This document shows, piece by piece, positions 1 through 9,920 of a stretch of 64,000 nucleotides of DNA (positions are counted from its first letter, which is position 1; every line of letters starts with the position of its first letter). The notes beneath the pieces are model-generated. The model did not search any database, had not been told where the DNA came from, and worked only from the letters and a program-made list of their open reading frames with translations. A program made the translations under genes and the position numbers. This stretch comes from Candidatus Micrarchaeia archaeon (GTDB lineage: Archaea > Micrarchaeota > Micrarchaeia > CAILAH01), in the NCBI GenBank assembly GCA_038874595.1, contig JAVZCB010000002.1, positions 1 through 64,000 of the forward strand, read 5' to 3'.

Positions 1-479
1 GGCAGGAAGTACTTGAGCATATAAGGGATGCTGAGCAGCACTATGTTGCTCTGTTTAAAGATACACCTGTGGGTTTTGGGTTCATCAAGATAAATAAAAC
101 CAATCTCTACTTGAGCGGCGATGCGGTATGCCTTGAGCACCAAGGCAAAGGGTTGCACACACTGCTAACTATAGCAAGGATAGTTTATGGCAGGATGATT
201 GGGTGTGATTCAGTATCGGTAAGAACGCAAAATCCAAGGGTTGAGTATTCAGTAAGGAAAGCGTTCAGGACGCTCGGCATACCTTTTGAACTAGAGAGAA
301 TTTTCAAAAAAGCGCATTACGGCCGCAGGCTCTCTACATATCCATATGTTTGCCCTGAGAGGGAGATAAACGATATTTACTCGGGGCTAGATGTGGAAAG
401 GGGAGATGCGTTTGAGCTGCTTTTCAGGCTGCCAGCAGTCCAAATTACAAAAGAGTATAGGAGGATCTGCTGTATCTGA
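1..479 (+). CDS. GNAT-fold acetyltransferase-like protein, 5'-truncated by window edge
   Basis: Frame is open from position 3; acetyl-CoA-binding-like motif HQGKGLH. Confidence 0.5.
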   Translation, partial: QEVLEHIRDAEQHYVALFKDTPVGFGFIKINKTNLYLSGDAVCLEHQGKGLHTLLTIARIVYGRMIGCDSVSVRTQNPRVEYSVRKAFRTLGIPFELERIFKKAHYGRRLSTYPYVCPEREINDIYSGLDVERGDAFELLFRLPAVQITKEYRRICCI

Positions 480-555
480 AGGCACAAATAATTTTTTTCC
501 TTTTTTCAATACCGGTTTGCTAAATCTTTAAATAAACTTATGTCTCAAAGAATAC

Positions 556-682
556 GGGCCGGTAGATCAACGGCAGATCGCGTCCTTGGCGAAGTTTTTT
601 CTTGGAAAGAAAAACCTTGTAAAAAGAATAAGAAAAAACTCTGAAATGGACGAGGTTGCGGGTTCAAATCCCGTCCGGTCCA
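556..682 (+). tRNA. tRNA-Ala(GGC) with 55-nt canonical 37/38 intron (592-646)
   Basis: Acceptor GGGCCGG/CCGGTCC with G3:U70 Ala identity pair; anticodon GGC 588-590; T-loop TTCAAAT; BHB (TTGG/CTGA central helix, outer helix AGTTTTTTCTT/AAGAAAAAACT); TATA-like TTTAAATA at ~528. Confidence 0.93.
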
Positions 683-815
683 TCCTGTTCTATGCTCCTG
701 TATCGGACGTTGCTCACACAAAAGTGTTCGCTCCCGTCCGGTCCATCCTGTTCTATGCTCCTGTATCGGACGTTGCTCACACAAAAGTGTTCGCTCCCGT
801 CCGGTCCATCCTGTT
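669..815 (+). repeat. 63-bp tandem repeat (2.3 copies) that re-iterates the tRNA-Ala 3' end
   Basis: TCCCGTCCGGTCCATCCTGTT at 669, 732 and 795, separated by identical 42-bp spacers. Confidence 0.95.
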
Positions 816-823
816 TTTGAAAA

Positions 824-1111
824 TTATTCGAGGCCGAGTAGGTATCTCCAGTTCTTGAGGTCTATTTTCTTATCGGGTTCTTTGCTCGCCTGGCTTGCGG
901 GCTTTTGCCCGGCCGGCGCCTGCATTTTTGTAAGCGGTGCACTCCTTTGTATATAATGGTATTTTTTGGGGGACGGTTGCAAATCAAACCTGTTAACCAC
1001 GGGCTGCGCGCGCTGCTGTTTTGCAAGCACCTGCTCAAGGCGCTCAAGGCGCTCCTCGATTTCTTCGAGCTTTATATAAATATCAGAAAGGGTTACACTC
1101 GGCCCTGCCAT
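824..1111 (-). CDS. Hypothetical protein with N-terminal coiled coil
   Basis: 95-aa ORF filling the gap; heptad-like LEEIEERLERLEQ. Confidence 0.6.
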   Translation of the reverse strand: MAGPSVTLSDIYIKLEEIEERLERLEQVLAKQQRAQPVVNRFDLQPSPKKYHYIQRSAPLTKMQAPAGQKPASQASKEPDKKIDLKNWRYLLGLE

Positions 1112-1162
1112 GGTGTATAATCAGAAATAAACATTAAAAAGCGTTCAAGACACTAAATATGC

Positions 1163-1651
1163 ATGGACGCAACAATATCACTCGTAAGTATAGATATACC
1201 GCAGGATTGTAATGTTATAGTTGGGCACGCACATTTCATAAAGACGATTGAGGATTTGTATGAGGTGCTTGCTGAAAGTGCGCCTGGGATTAAGTTTGGT
1301 GTTGCGTTCTGCGAAGCGAGCGGCCCAAGGAAGATACGCACAGAAGGGAACGATGATGAATTGATAGACAAGGCCGCTGAGGAGATTGCAAAAATAGGTG
1401 CCGGCCACACCTTCCTTATTTTCCTAAAGAATGCATACCCCGTCAATGTGTTAAACTCGATCAAGAACGTAAGTGAGGTGTGCAGGGTATACGCTGCAAC
1501 AGCAAACCCATTACAGGTTATAATTGCTGAGAGTGAGCAGGGGAGAGGGGTGCTTGGTGTGATTGACGGCAGCTCGCCGCTTGGTGTTGAAAGCGTCCAG
1601 GAAAAAGCGGATCGGTATGACCTACTGAGAAAGATTGGTTACAAGCTGTAG
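1163..1651 (+). CDS. Adenosine-specific kinase family protein (DUF355)
   Basis: [31 protein letters not shown] motifs. Confidence 0.85.
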   Translation: MDATISLVSIDIPQDCNVIVGHAHFIKTIEDLYEVLAESAPGIKFGVAFCEASGPRKIRTEGNDDELIDKAAEEIAKIGAGHTFLIFLKNAYPVNVLNSIKNVSEVCRVYAATANPLQVIIAESEQGRGVLGVIDGSSPLGVESVQEKADRYDLLRKIGYKL

Positions 1652-1662
1652 AAGATGATTCT

Positions 1663-2691
1663 ATGAAAGTGAGCGCTCCTACAAAGATTATACTTTTTGG
1701 GGAGCATTATGTAGTTTATGGCGCACCTGCATTATCGGTTGCAGTCAACCAGAGGAGAGAAGTGCTGCTTGATGAAATTAAGAATGCACAAGAAGATAAA
1801 ATAGAGATTATAAACCCTGTTTATGGTGAAGATGGTGTAATATACCCTGATGGACATTCTGTTGGCCACAGGCACGTGCAGATGCATGCAGCAATATACA
1901 AGGAGATATACAACAGAGTGGCTGGAAAGCTCACTGGCAGGGCGTTCAGTGCAACATTCCTTGGTGGGAGAATATTCAAAGGTATGGGTGGGTCATCTGC
2001 ACTTGGCGCGTGCATTGCAAAGGGCCTGTATTTGTATGCTGGCATTGATGCTGATGATGAGGAAATTTTTAGGTGTGCACAGATTGGGGATGAGATTGAC
2101 CACGGCGGGAGACCGAGCGGGATTGATGCAAGGACTGTTGTGCACGGCGGGATGATAAAATTCTGGAGAGAGTTCAACCCTTCAAGATATAATTTTGAGC
2201 AAATGAAAATCCAGCTCCCAGAAAACACAACAATAATAATTGTTGATACTTTTAGGGGCGTGAGATGCAATACCGGCGACCAGGTGCTCCTGTTCGCCAA
2301 AAATAACGGGGTAACAAAAAAACCTGATGAGATGAGTAAAGAGGAGAGGAGCAAGGTGGTAGAGAGTTACACCCAGATTTTTGAGGCGGCATTAAATGAG
2401 CTTAAGGGTGGCGGGGATGCACACAGGCTTGGCCTGTTGATGGATGAGAACCACGCACTACTCAAAAAATATGGGATGTCAACACCTGTGATTGAGCAGG
2501 CAATAGAAATCATAAAGAATAACGGTGGGCTGGGTGCAAAGATTACAGGTGCTGGCGGCGAGGGCGGTGCGCTTATTGGATACTTGTATAAGGAAGACCT
2601 GCAAAGGATACAGCGCGCTTTAAAGGAAAACGGGTTTGATTCGATAGAACTCGAGCCCACAAACGATGGGGTCCGCCTCGACACGCCATAG
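1663..2691 (+). CDS. mvk: Mevalonate kinase
   Basis: GHMP motifs APTKIILFGEHYVVYG, GMGGSSA, PSGID, GAKITGAGGEGG; adjacent to MVA-pathway genes. Confidence 0.9.
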   Translation: MKVSAPTKIILFGEHYVVYGAPALSVAVNQRREVLLDEIKNAQEDKIEIINPVYGEDGVIYPDGHSVGHRHVQMHAAIYKEIYNRVAGKLTGRAFSATFLGGRIFKGMGGSSALGACIAKGLYLYAGIDADDEEIFRCAQIGDEIDHGGRPSGIDARTVVHGGMIKFWREFNPSRYNFEQMKIQLPENTTIIIVDTFRGVRCNTGDQVLLFAKNNGVTKKPDEMSKEERSKVVESYTQIFEAALNELKGGGDAHRLGLLMDENHALLKKYGMSTPVIEQAIEIIKNNGGLGAKITGAGGEGGALIGYLYKEDLQRIQRALKENGFDSIELEPTNDGVRLDTP

Positions 2692-2694
2692 TAA

Positions 2695-3102
2695 TTATAA
2701 ATAAAATTTCACTATTGAATTGGTTGCATCAACTTCGATGTGCATTCCATCTTTTATCGCTGAATATGCATCATCCTCAAGCTTGTCAACCATAGGGATT
2801 CTTGATATTATTGCACCCACTGCAACCACCGTCTCCGCTTCCCTGTTTATGATTGCTACTGGTGCAACGCCGTTCTTTTTCAAACGGTATATTGTATATG
2901 AGCCGACCGTTGAGCCCTTGCCGTGCGGAAACACAAGCACCTTGCCGGCAACACTTTTCCCTTCAAGAGGATGCCCTTTCTCAACAACAATACCCGTATT
3001 AGGGTCGACACCGCCATAAAATGAAATTGGCTCACTGCTAACCAGCACTTCCCCTTCCGCAACACCTGGGGATATCTTCCTGCATTTTATTGAGCGTTCC
3101 AT
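2695..3102 (-). CDS. Aconitase X small (swivel) subunit, putative phosphomevalonate dehydratase small subunit (DUF126)
   Basis: ISFYGGVDP, GKGSTVGSY motifs; downstream of AcnX large subunit. Confidence 0.88.
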   Translation of the reverse strand: MERSIKCRKISPGVAEGEVLVSSEPISFYGGVDPNTGIVVEKGHPLEGKSVAGKVLVFPHGKGSTVGSYTIYRLKKNGVAPVAIINREAETVVAVGAIISRIPMVDKLEDDAYSAIKDGMHIEVDATNSIVKFYL

Positions 3103-3116
3103 AAACACACCTTATT

Positions 3117-4340
3117 TCATAAATCTGGCTTTTGCATTTTCTTATCTTCGGAGGCACTCCACCTGCCGTTCACAGCCGCCTCAACACACTGCTCAAGCGT
3201 GCCAAACCTCGTCTTGAATCCGTTCGAGCCGCGCGCATAATAACAGCCCTTTGCCGAATCAATTGCCATAACACGGAACCGTCCCTTAAGCGGTGCAACG
3301 GCCATGCACGTATCACAAGCAAACTTGGCACCTGCATCTTCTATTATCTTTGAGTAACCGGCACGGTCGGCAAGCTCTTTCGTCTGGCGCGCAGTTGCAA
3401 TCCAGAATTCCGCCTTTACGCTCCTACCTTTAAGCAGCTCAGCTATTCTTCTTATCTCGTTGATGCTCGCGTGCGGGCACCCTATCGCAACAAAATCAAC
3501 AACATCTTCTTCCTCATTAAGCGCATTATACGCCTCATCAATATCGCGCTGTTCAATCACGGCCAACTCCTTCGGCTTCCTCGTCTTGTTAGGCGTAATC
3601 CCTTTAATGTGGAAAAGCGAGGGGCCACCATAAGTTGGCAGTGCTGCACAGAGTGACTTTAACTCTTCCATCGTGGCGCTCCTTATCCCTGTGATGAATG
3701 GGATTTTTGTGCCGAACTTTTTACCGAGTACCCAGCCAAGCGCACTGAAATCAGATGTATTGCTTAGGTTTGCATTGACTTTAACTAGTATCTGGGCCTG
3801 CCTGTTCTCATCAAGATGCAGGCCGTACGCAGGTGTCCTGCCTGTAAGCGCAGCAGCAAGCGCGGATGGGCCGCCTTCCCTGTTTGTGCGTGCGCCTATA
3901 ACTGAGTTTGCAAACGTTACTGCTGACGATTCGCCCCACGCAAGATGGTCATTAAACCGCGGGAGATTGCCCACAAGATATGGAGTGCACGTGCAAGATA
4001 CAGTTATGCCCATTCTTGCAAATGCGCTTATTACCTTGAGCTGTTTCTGTGCAAAATCATCGCTTATACCAAGATGCTTCCAATCCTCCAAGTCCATCCC
4101 TGCCGGGTTAAGTGTTGTCAAAACACGGACCTTCCCCTCCTTTGCTAACTCTTCGAGAAACTCAAGGCCGGCATCTCCAAGGTTATGGTATGATACACCG
4201 CTCACCTGGACTGAAGAAACCGGTACCATCCTTTTTGCACCGTAAATCTCACCAAGCGCAACTAGGATTTCCATTGCTGTCTGCACTGCACTGCCATGTG
4301 CACCTGAGTACATTTTTTTCTCTTCGGCTGTGAGTTTCAT
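3117..4340 (-). CDS. Aconitase X catalytic subunit, putative phosphomevalonate dehydratase large subunit (DUF521)
   Basis: CTCTPY, WGESSA, GARTNREGG, IGCPH, DTC motifs. Confidence 0.9.
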   Translation of the reverse strand: MKLTAEEKKMYSGAHGSAVQTAMEILVALGEIYGAKRMVPVSSVQVSGVSYHNLGDAGLEFLEELAKEGKVRVLTTLNPAGMDLEDWKHLGISDDFAQKQLKVISAFARMGITVSCTCTPYLVGNLPRFNDHLAWGESSAVTFANSVIGARTNREGGPSALAAALTGRTPAYGLHLDENRQAQILVKVNANLSNTSDFSALGWVLGKKFGTKIPFITGIRSATMEELKSLCAALPTYGGPSLFHIKGITPNKTRKPKELAVIEQRDIDEAYNALNEEEDVVDFVAIGCPHASINEIRRIAELLKGRSVKAEFWIATARQTKELADRAGYSKIIEDAGAKFACDTCMAVAPLKGRFRVMAIDSAKGCYYARGSNGFKTRFGTLEQCVEAAVNGRWSASEDKKMQKPDL

Positions 4341-4350
4341 AATAATCAAC

Positions 4351-5655
4351 TCATATGTATTCGTTAATGTTAATTGTGGGATATTTCACTTTCTCAAAAT
4401 TCTTGCCGTGCGCAACCAGTGGCTTGGTTGCATCTATCCCAACCTTCGAAGTTGCATACGTGTGCGGGTCTGCTGATGGGTCAAGTGAGGAGCCCTTCTC
4501 ATTTAATTTGAGGATGAGGTCCTTGCTAGCCTGGAACCGTGTGGCTATCGCCCACTCAACTTCAAGCGGGTTGTAAATATCTATGTCATCATCCACAATA
4601 ACAACGTGCTTCATCGACTTGTGGCCGTTAAACGCCGCCTCAATTGCCTTCTTGCCGTCATCCTCGGATTTCTTCCTGATGGAAATAACACCGTGCAGCC
4701 ACGAGCAGCCGCCTGGTGTCACGTTAACACCTGTGCACTCAGCGACCTTATTAACTTCCAAAAATATTGTGGGCTCGCGCGGCATACCCATAAGTATCTT
4801 GTGCTCAAACCCTCCTGGAAGCAGAGCGTGGAACAGCGGATTGTTCCTGTGATAAATGCGGTGCACTTTCATCACACGCTGTTGCCTAACTATATCATAA
4901 GTCTCGGTAAGGTCAACAAAAGGCCCTTCATCATGCATCTCCTTTGTGATTGTCGCATCAAATACAAACTCCGCATCTGCTGGCACGCTGATGTTGCTCT
5001 GCGGCAATTGTACAGTGTTAAATGGCATAAGAGTATTTGCTATCCCAAACTCGTCTTCTTTTATATCAACTGAGATGGCGGATGCAAGTAGCACGTTTAT
5101 TGGTGAGCCGATTACAACCGCCACTCTGAGTTCACCTCCTGCACGCTCAATATACTCATTTAAGTGCCGCGGTAGTATGCGCACAGCAAGCTTATCCTTG
5201 CCTATGAGCATCATCCTGTGGAATGATGAGTTCCTCCCATACTCGGGATCGTTTGCAACGATGATTGCAGAAGCGATGTATGGGCCGCCGTCTCTTTCAG
5301 TATACAAAGGGATAGGTAACTTCGTGAGGTCCGGGTCATCGATTACGTTCTGCATCACAGGTGCTTCCGCTGGAGGTACACCGAGCGGTGCTGATGGCCT
5401 GCTTATCGCCGTCGCAAGCGCTTTCACCAGCTCACCTTTGTGAAGGTTAAGATACCTGGCAACCAGCTCCTTGTTTGAAAATATATTTCCAATCACAGGA
5501 ATTTCAGACTCCTTTACCTTCTCAAAAAGGAGCGGTGTTTCACCGGCGTGGTGCATAACAGAGGCGAGCTCATACCTCAGTGAAACCGGCTTCTTCACCT
5601 TTTTGAGTATGCCTTCCTTCTCAATTTCATAAATGAATTCCCGCAGTGATTTCAT
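4351..5655 (-). CDS. UbiD-family decarboxylase, putative anhydromevalonate phosphate decarboxylase
   Basis: RDGGPYI, EGPFVD, VDDDIDI, WAIATRFQ, GSSLDPS motifs; operon context. Confidence 0.88.
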   Translation of the reverse strand: MKSLREFIYEIEKEGILKKVKKPVSLRYELASVMHHAGETPLLFEKVKESEIPVIGNIFSNKELVARYLNLHKGELVKALATAISRPSAPLGVPPAEAPVMQNVIDDPDLTKLPIPLYTERDGGPYIASAIIVANDPEYGRNSSFHRMMLIGKDKLAVRILPRHLNEYIERAGGELRVAVVIGSPINVLLASAISVDIKEDEFGIANTLMPFNTVQLPQSNISVPADAEFVFDATITKEMHDEGPFVDLTETYDIVRQQRVMKVHRIYHRNNPLFHALLPGGFEHKILMGMPREPTIFLEVNKVAECTGVNVTPGGCSWLHGVISIRKKSEDDGKKAIEAAFNGHKSMKHVVIVDDDIDIYNPLEVEWAIATRFQASKDLILKLNEKGSSLDPSADPHTYATSKVGIDATKPLVAHGKNFEKVKYPTININEYI

Positions 5656-5659
5656 TATA

Positions 5660-6214
5660 TCACCTTTTTCTTGGGCTGCTTTCGCCTTTCCATCTCCTGT
5701 AAATATTGTGATTTACGCCTAACTGGTCCAACACACGGCCAATAACAAAATCCACCATATCATCCACAGAGCGGGTTTCAGAATAAAACGCCGGGCATGC
5801 TGGAAGGATTACACCACCTGCAAGCGCAACAAGGCGCATATTCTCAATTGCAACCAGGGAAAGCGGCGTTTCACGGACCACGAGGATGAGCTTGCGCCGC
5901 TCTTTCAAGCATACCTCGGCGGCTCTCGTGATAAGCGTGCTCCCAATACCGTGCGCCACCTCGCCAAGTGTCTTGAGCGAGCAGGGAATGATGACCATGC
6001 CATCAAATTGGTAGGAGCCGGATGCAAACGGCGCAGCCAAATCATCCTCCGCATAATCTGGCTTTGGGAGGGTTGTGTGCTCATACCGTGCCACCTTTTC
6101 TGCACCTGCACTTATCACTACCTTTACCTCGTGCCCTTCCTTCCTGAGAACATCTATAAGCCGCCTTGCATACACCTGGCCTGAAGCCCCGCTTACCCCT
6201 ATGAGTAGTCTCAT
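5660..6214 (-). CDS. ubiX: Flavin prenyltransferase
   Basis: GVSGASG, ASGS, PCSLKT, RETPLS, PAFY motifs. Confidence 0.93.
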   Translation of the reverse strand: MRLLIGVSGASGQVYARRLIDVLRKEGHEVKVVISAGAEKVARYEHTTLPKPDYAEDDLAAPFASGSYQFDGMVIIPCSLKTLGEVAHGIGSTLITRAAEVCLKERRKLILVVRETPLSLVAIENMRLVALAGGVILPACPAFYSETRSVDDMVDFVIGRVLDQLGVNHNIYRRWKGESSPRKR

Positions 6215-6279
6215 TATAATTATTTTCAAATGTTAAAAATATAAAGGGTATCAAAAACAGCAGGCAAATGACAAAATTG

Positions 6280-7050
6280 CTAAGGCATAAATTTTGTATA
6301 TATGTCCGCTTTGCCTTCAAGAATGCTCCTTATCCTGTTTGGGTGCTTGCCATTCACAATGTAAGAGGGGCACTTGAGGGACATAAGGTTCTTTATCTTG
6401 CCGGCCATACCACCTGTTACATCAATGTGTTGCGAGCCGCTCACGAGCTTGTAAATATCTTTGAAATTTTTCATGTTAACATCGCGGATGAGCTCGCCAC
6501 TCCCGTCAAGGGAGGTGAGCAGGCCGTCCACATCACTAGCATAAATAAGCATATCTGCTGTCCCCTTCCCGAAATGGTCCATCAAGGCGTCACCTGATAT
6601 GATTGATGTCCGGGTTGAATTATCAAGGACAACATCGCCGTGTGTTACTGGCACAAACCCTTCTTTAAGATAGCGCAAAAGAAGCTTGTCATCAATCTTT
6701 AATGGCTGCTTGTTCTTTTGGACTACAAACGTTGCAGGATGGAACGAGACCGCGGGAACCCTATTATCCACAAGCGTGCTTACGATTATCGTTGAAAGCT
6801 CCTCACACAGAGAATGCACATATGCATAGTGCACTAGCCCATCATCATTTTTTATCCCGTCGGCAAGCCCATACTCTTTAGAGGGGATATGTGCGTATGA
6901 CCCTGCACCGTGCACAACGATAAACTTGACACCTTTGCGGTAATATTCGGCTATGAGTGTGCACAGCGCGCTTATGGCCTGGGTGTTTGCTGTCTTAAAT
7001 TTTGATTTTTGGGTTATGACGCTGCCACCGAGCTTGATTGCAACTATCAT
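6280..7050 (-). CDS. ipk: Isopentenyl phosphate kinase
   Basis: Amino-acid-kinase fold KLGGSVIT, HGAGSYAH, SGD, DVTGGMAGK. Confidence 0.88.
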   Translation of the reverse strand: MIVAIKLGGSVITQKSKFKTANTQAISALCTLIAEYYRKGVKFIVVHGAGSYAHIPSKEYGLADGIKNDDGLVHYAYVHSLCEELSTIIVSTLVDNRVPAVSFHPATFVVQKNKQPLKIDDKLLLRYLKEGFVPVTHGDVVLDNSTRTSIISGDALMDHFGKGTADMLIYASDVDGLLTSLDGSGELIRDVNMKNFKDIYKLVSGSQHIDVTGGMAGKIKNLMSLKCPSYIVNGKHPNRIRSILEGKADIYTKFMP

Positions 7051-7110
7051 GCTATCTCATACAATCACAAAGTATAAAAGAATAAAAATTGCACAAAACG
7101 ATGTGGTCTA

Positions 7111-8220
7111 ATGATAGAAACTGCAAAAGCCAGGGAACTAATGGAAAAAACATTAATGAAAAGAAGGGTAAATGGTGTCTTGAGCACACCGCATAATGAG
7201 ATGCACGCGATAAACGTTGCAAGGTATGGCAGGATACTTGCAGAGAAGATTGCCATAAAGGAAGGGTTTAACATACAAAAGATAATACACATAGCAGACT
7301 TGGCCGAGGTTGCGGGATACCTGCATGATATTGCACGCCTTCCAAAAGAGTATATACCACACCCAATAGAAAGTGCAAGATGGGTTGCATATGCATCAGG
7401 TTATTTAAGGGAACCTATGCTGTTCTGGGTTGTACAACCTGAACACGCGCTCAAACTTTCAAAAGATGAGCTTGCAACTGTTACCTTTGCGATTATACAG
7501 CACGAGAAACCGCTATATGATGTGATAAGGGCGTGTGGATTTGGATTCAAAACAGATGAGAGGGCAATAGTTACAGTCTGCATCAAGATTGCAGATTCAT
7601 TATTCGAAAGGTCCGGGTTTAGGGCGATTGAGAAAAGATGCTATTTTGTTGGAAATGAGCGGCTCCATTACGGTGATTTCCAATTCCTAAAAGAAAATGA
7701 GCTGACACGAGAGAAACCATACTTGTGGGCAGTGCTTGGTGAAACAATAGTACGATTGTACTCAAGAAACCATTTGAGAGGATATCCAAAATGGCTTGAG
7801 GGCACGGCCGCAAGGCTCCACGCTATCCAGTATAGGTTTTACTCAAATCTTATAAGAATGGTTGCTCCTTCCGTCCCTGCAGATGAGCTTGTGATTGCAC
7901 AGTTGCTTGCAAGAATACAATTCCCTGGCATTGATGACAAGCTGCTGTATAAGGTAAAGAATGAAAGGCACATAACGAGTGCATACTGGAACAATTATCC
8001 TCAAATCAAAGAAGCAATACGTGCATCTGAAATGGATAATCAGAAAATATTGCTTAGGCTAATCGAAAAGATAAGTTGCTCAAACTCCATAGAAGATGCA
8101 TACAACCTTTGGAAAAAGGCCGTTCATCTTAATTATTTTGCGCATGGTGTTGTTGAGTATAACGAGGGCGCTTGTGATTATTTAGATTCTACGGCTGATG
8201 ATTACACGCCATATAGGTGA
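7111..8220 (+). CDS. HD-domain phosphohydrolase-like protein
   Basis: H...H, YLHDIAR, HPIESA, HE, ADS arrangement typical of the HD superfamily. Confidence 0.7.
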   Translation: MIETAKARELMEKTLMKRRVNGVLSTPHNEMHAINVARYGRILAEKIAIKEGFNIQKIIHIADLAEVAGYLHDIARLPKEYIPHPIESARWVAYASGYLREPMLFWVVQPEHALKLSKDELATVTFAIIQHEKPLYDVIRACGFGFKTDERAIVTVCIKIADSLFERSGFRAIEKRCYFVGNERLHYGDFQFLKENELTREKPYLWAVLGETIVRLYSRNHLRGYPKWLEGTAARLHAIQYRFYSNLIRMVAPSVPADELVIAQLLARIQFPGIDDKLLYKVKNERHITSAYWNNYPQIKEAIRASEMDNQKILLRLIEKISCSNSIEDAYNLWKKAVHLNYFAHGVVEYNEGACDYLDSTADDYTPYR

Positions 8221-8280
8221 TATAAGCATGCTAACAGCAAGCTATAATATTATTATAAAGGTTCAATGAGAGGGGATTAT

Positions 8281-8520
8281 ATGAAAGGCCAGATTTCAAT
8301 AGAGATGATACTGGTGCTCGCCGCGATACTGGCGATTGCGTTTATACTTGTAACACAGTTGCAGAAGACTGCTACAAACGCGGGCGCGATGGTTGAGAAT
8401 AGGAGCAATGCAATCCTAGGTATTGGTAACCAGTCATCAAACCTTTTGGATAAAGGTGCATACTGCACATCAAGCCAGCAGTGTAAGAGCAAATCTTGCA
8501 CGTTCAACATCTGCGATTAG
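8281..8520 (+). CDS. Class III signal peptide (pilin-like) small protein with Cys-rich tail
   Basis: MKG|QISIE followed by hydrophobic helix; C-terminal CxxxxxCxxxxCxxxxC. Confidence 0.8.
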   Translation: MKGQISIEMILVLAAILAIAFILVTQLQKTATNAGAMVENRSNAILGIGNQSSNLLDKGAYCTSSQQCKSKSCTFNICD

Positions 8521-8615
8521 CAACAAGCAAAAACTGCGAGTGGTCCTGATAAAAGGATTCAGCTCCACTGGCATTTTATTATGTTGGCAGCCAGATAGCC
8601 CTGCGGTGTAATCTT

Positions 8616-8966
8616 ATGATTAGCACAGAGATGCTCATCGTAATGCTCGTTTTTCTTGCCTACGTTGGGGTATGGTACTTGTATATGAGCAATTTCATGC
8701 AGTCTGTGGAGAGCGCAACTGACCGGCTGGAGAGCGGTGCGTATGCTGATGAGATTCAGCATAAAGTTAATATTATGTGCATAGGGGAAGGCTCAACATC
8801 AGCTGAGTTCAAAAATCCCGTGGATATCTCAGGAAATGGCAGGGTTATTTCCGTGAACAATATGACACGTGACGTTGCCTGTGATGTTGATGTTAGGATT
8901 GGTGGGAAGACTAAAAAGGCAAATATAAGAAAAGATGCACAAAACAATGCTGTTGTAATTGATTAA
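8616..8966 (+). CDS. Pilin-like membrane-anchored hypothetical protein
   Basis: N-terminal ISTE plus hydrophobic helix; follows pilin-like gene. Confidence 0.6.
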   Translation: MISTEMLIVMLVFLAYVGVWYLYMSNFMQSVESATDRLESGAYADEIQHKVNIMCIGEGSTSAEFKNPVDISGNGRVISVNNMTRDVACDVDVRIGGKTKKANIRKDAQNNAVVID

Positions 8967-8970
8967 TAAA

Positions 8971-9903
8971 TTACTCCTTGCTTTTCAAGCCCTGGACATA
9001 TATGCTGCATTCAATACCTGCCGTCATCCCCTGTGCAGCTGCGTTGATTGCCTGCGCCCATCCTTTCCCTGTCAGGTCGCCTGCAACGTATACACCTGGC
9101 ACTGTTGTGGCCTGCTTATCATCTACCTGCACAAACCCTTTCTCAGATATTGGTATACCTAGCTGCTTTGCAAGCGTATTGTTTGGGTCTTCACCCACTG
9201 CTATGAATACTCCATCTACATCAAGAACACGCTCATCACTACCAGATGTGCCCTTAAGCCGTATGCGCCTGAGCACGGTATCCCCCTCAAATGAAACCGG
9301 AGTATAGCCAAGCTGTAACTCAATCTTGTTGCTTGACAGGACCTTATCAACAACCGCTTTCTCTGCACGGAACTCGTTCCTCCTGTGCACCAGGTAAACT
9401 TTGGATGCTATGCTCTCAAGGTATAATGCATATGTGAGTGCAGTATTCCCGCCACCGATTACCGCTACAGTCCTACCTTTGAAAAAGTAACCGTCACAAG
9501 TTGCACAGTATGAAACACCTCTCCCAGTAAAAGCTTCCTCGCCAGGTATGCCAAGGTGCCTGTGCGAGGAGCCTGTTGCAAGTATCAGGCCGAGAGAGCG
9601 CACCATCACACCTGATGATAGTTCAACCTCAAACCATTTATCAGATTTCTTAACACTCTTAACCGTATCAATCTCGACAGGTATATTCAGGTGCTCGAGA
9701 TGTTTTCTTATGCTCTCAGCATAGTCCATCCCGCTGATTTTTGAAAAGCCTGGATAATTCTCAATCTCCGTTGCCCAGCTCAGCTGGCCGCCGATTGCCC
9801 CGGACTCAAAAACAACAACGTTCATCCCATAACGTTTTGCATAAATTGCCGCTGCAGAGCCGGCAGGACCGGCACCAACCACCACAATATCGTATTCTTT
9901 CAT
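8971..9903 (-). CDS. trxB: Thioredoxin reductase
   Basis: GAGPAG, GVSYCATCDG, GGGNTA motifs. Confidence 0.95.
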   Translation of the reverse strand: MKEYDIVVVGAGPAGSAAAIYAKRYGMNVVVFESGAIGGQLSWATEIENYPGFSKISGMDYAESIRKHLEHLNIPVEIDTVKSVKKSDKWFEVELSSGVMVRSLGLILATGSSHRHLGIPGEEAFTGRGVSYCATCDGYFFKGRTVAVIGGGNTALTYALYLESIASKVYLVHRRNEFRAEKAVVDKVLSSNKIELQLGYTPVSFEGDTVLRRIRLKGTSGSDERVLDVDGVFIAVGEDPNNTLAKQLGIPISEKGFVQVDDKQATTVPGVYVAGDLTGKGWAQAINAAAQGMTAGIECSIYVQGLKSKE

Positions 9904-9920
9904 CTTAAACACCTATCCGC

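Noticed and set aside
669-815. CRISPR-like repeat-spacer pattern (also 11957-12099)
   Set aside because: Spacers are identical rather than unique, the repeats derive from tRNA sequence or intron, and no cas genes are present.
545-858. ORFs 545-784, 586-858, 11783-12230, 18606-18896 and 43799-44212 in the track
   Set aside because: They overlap tRNA genes and repeats; the open frames result from repeat periods divisible by three or from GC-rich structure.
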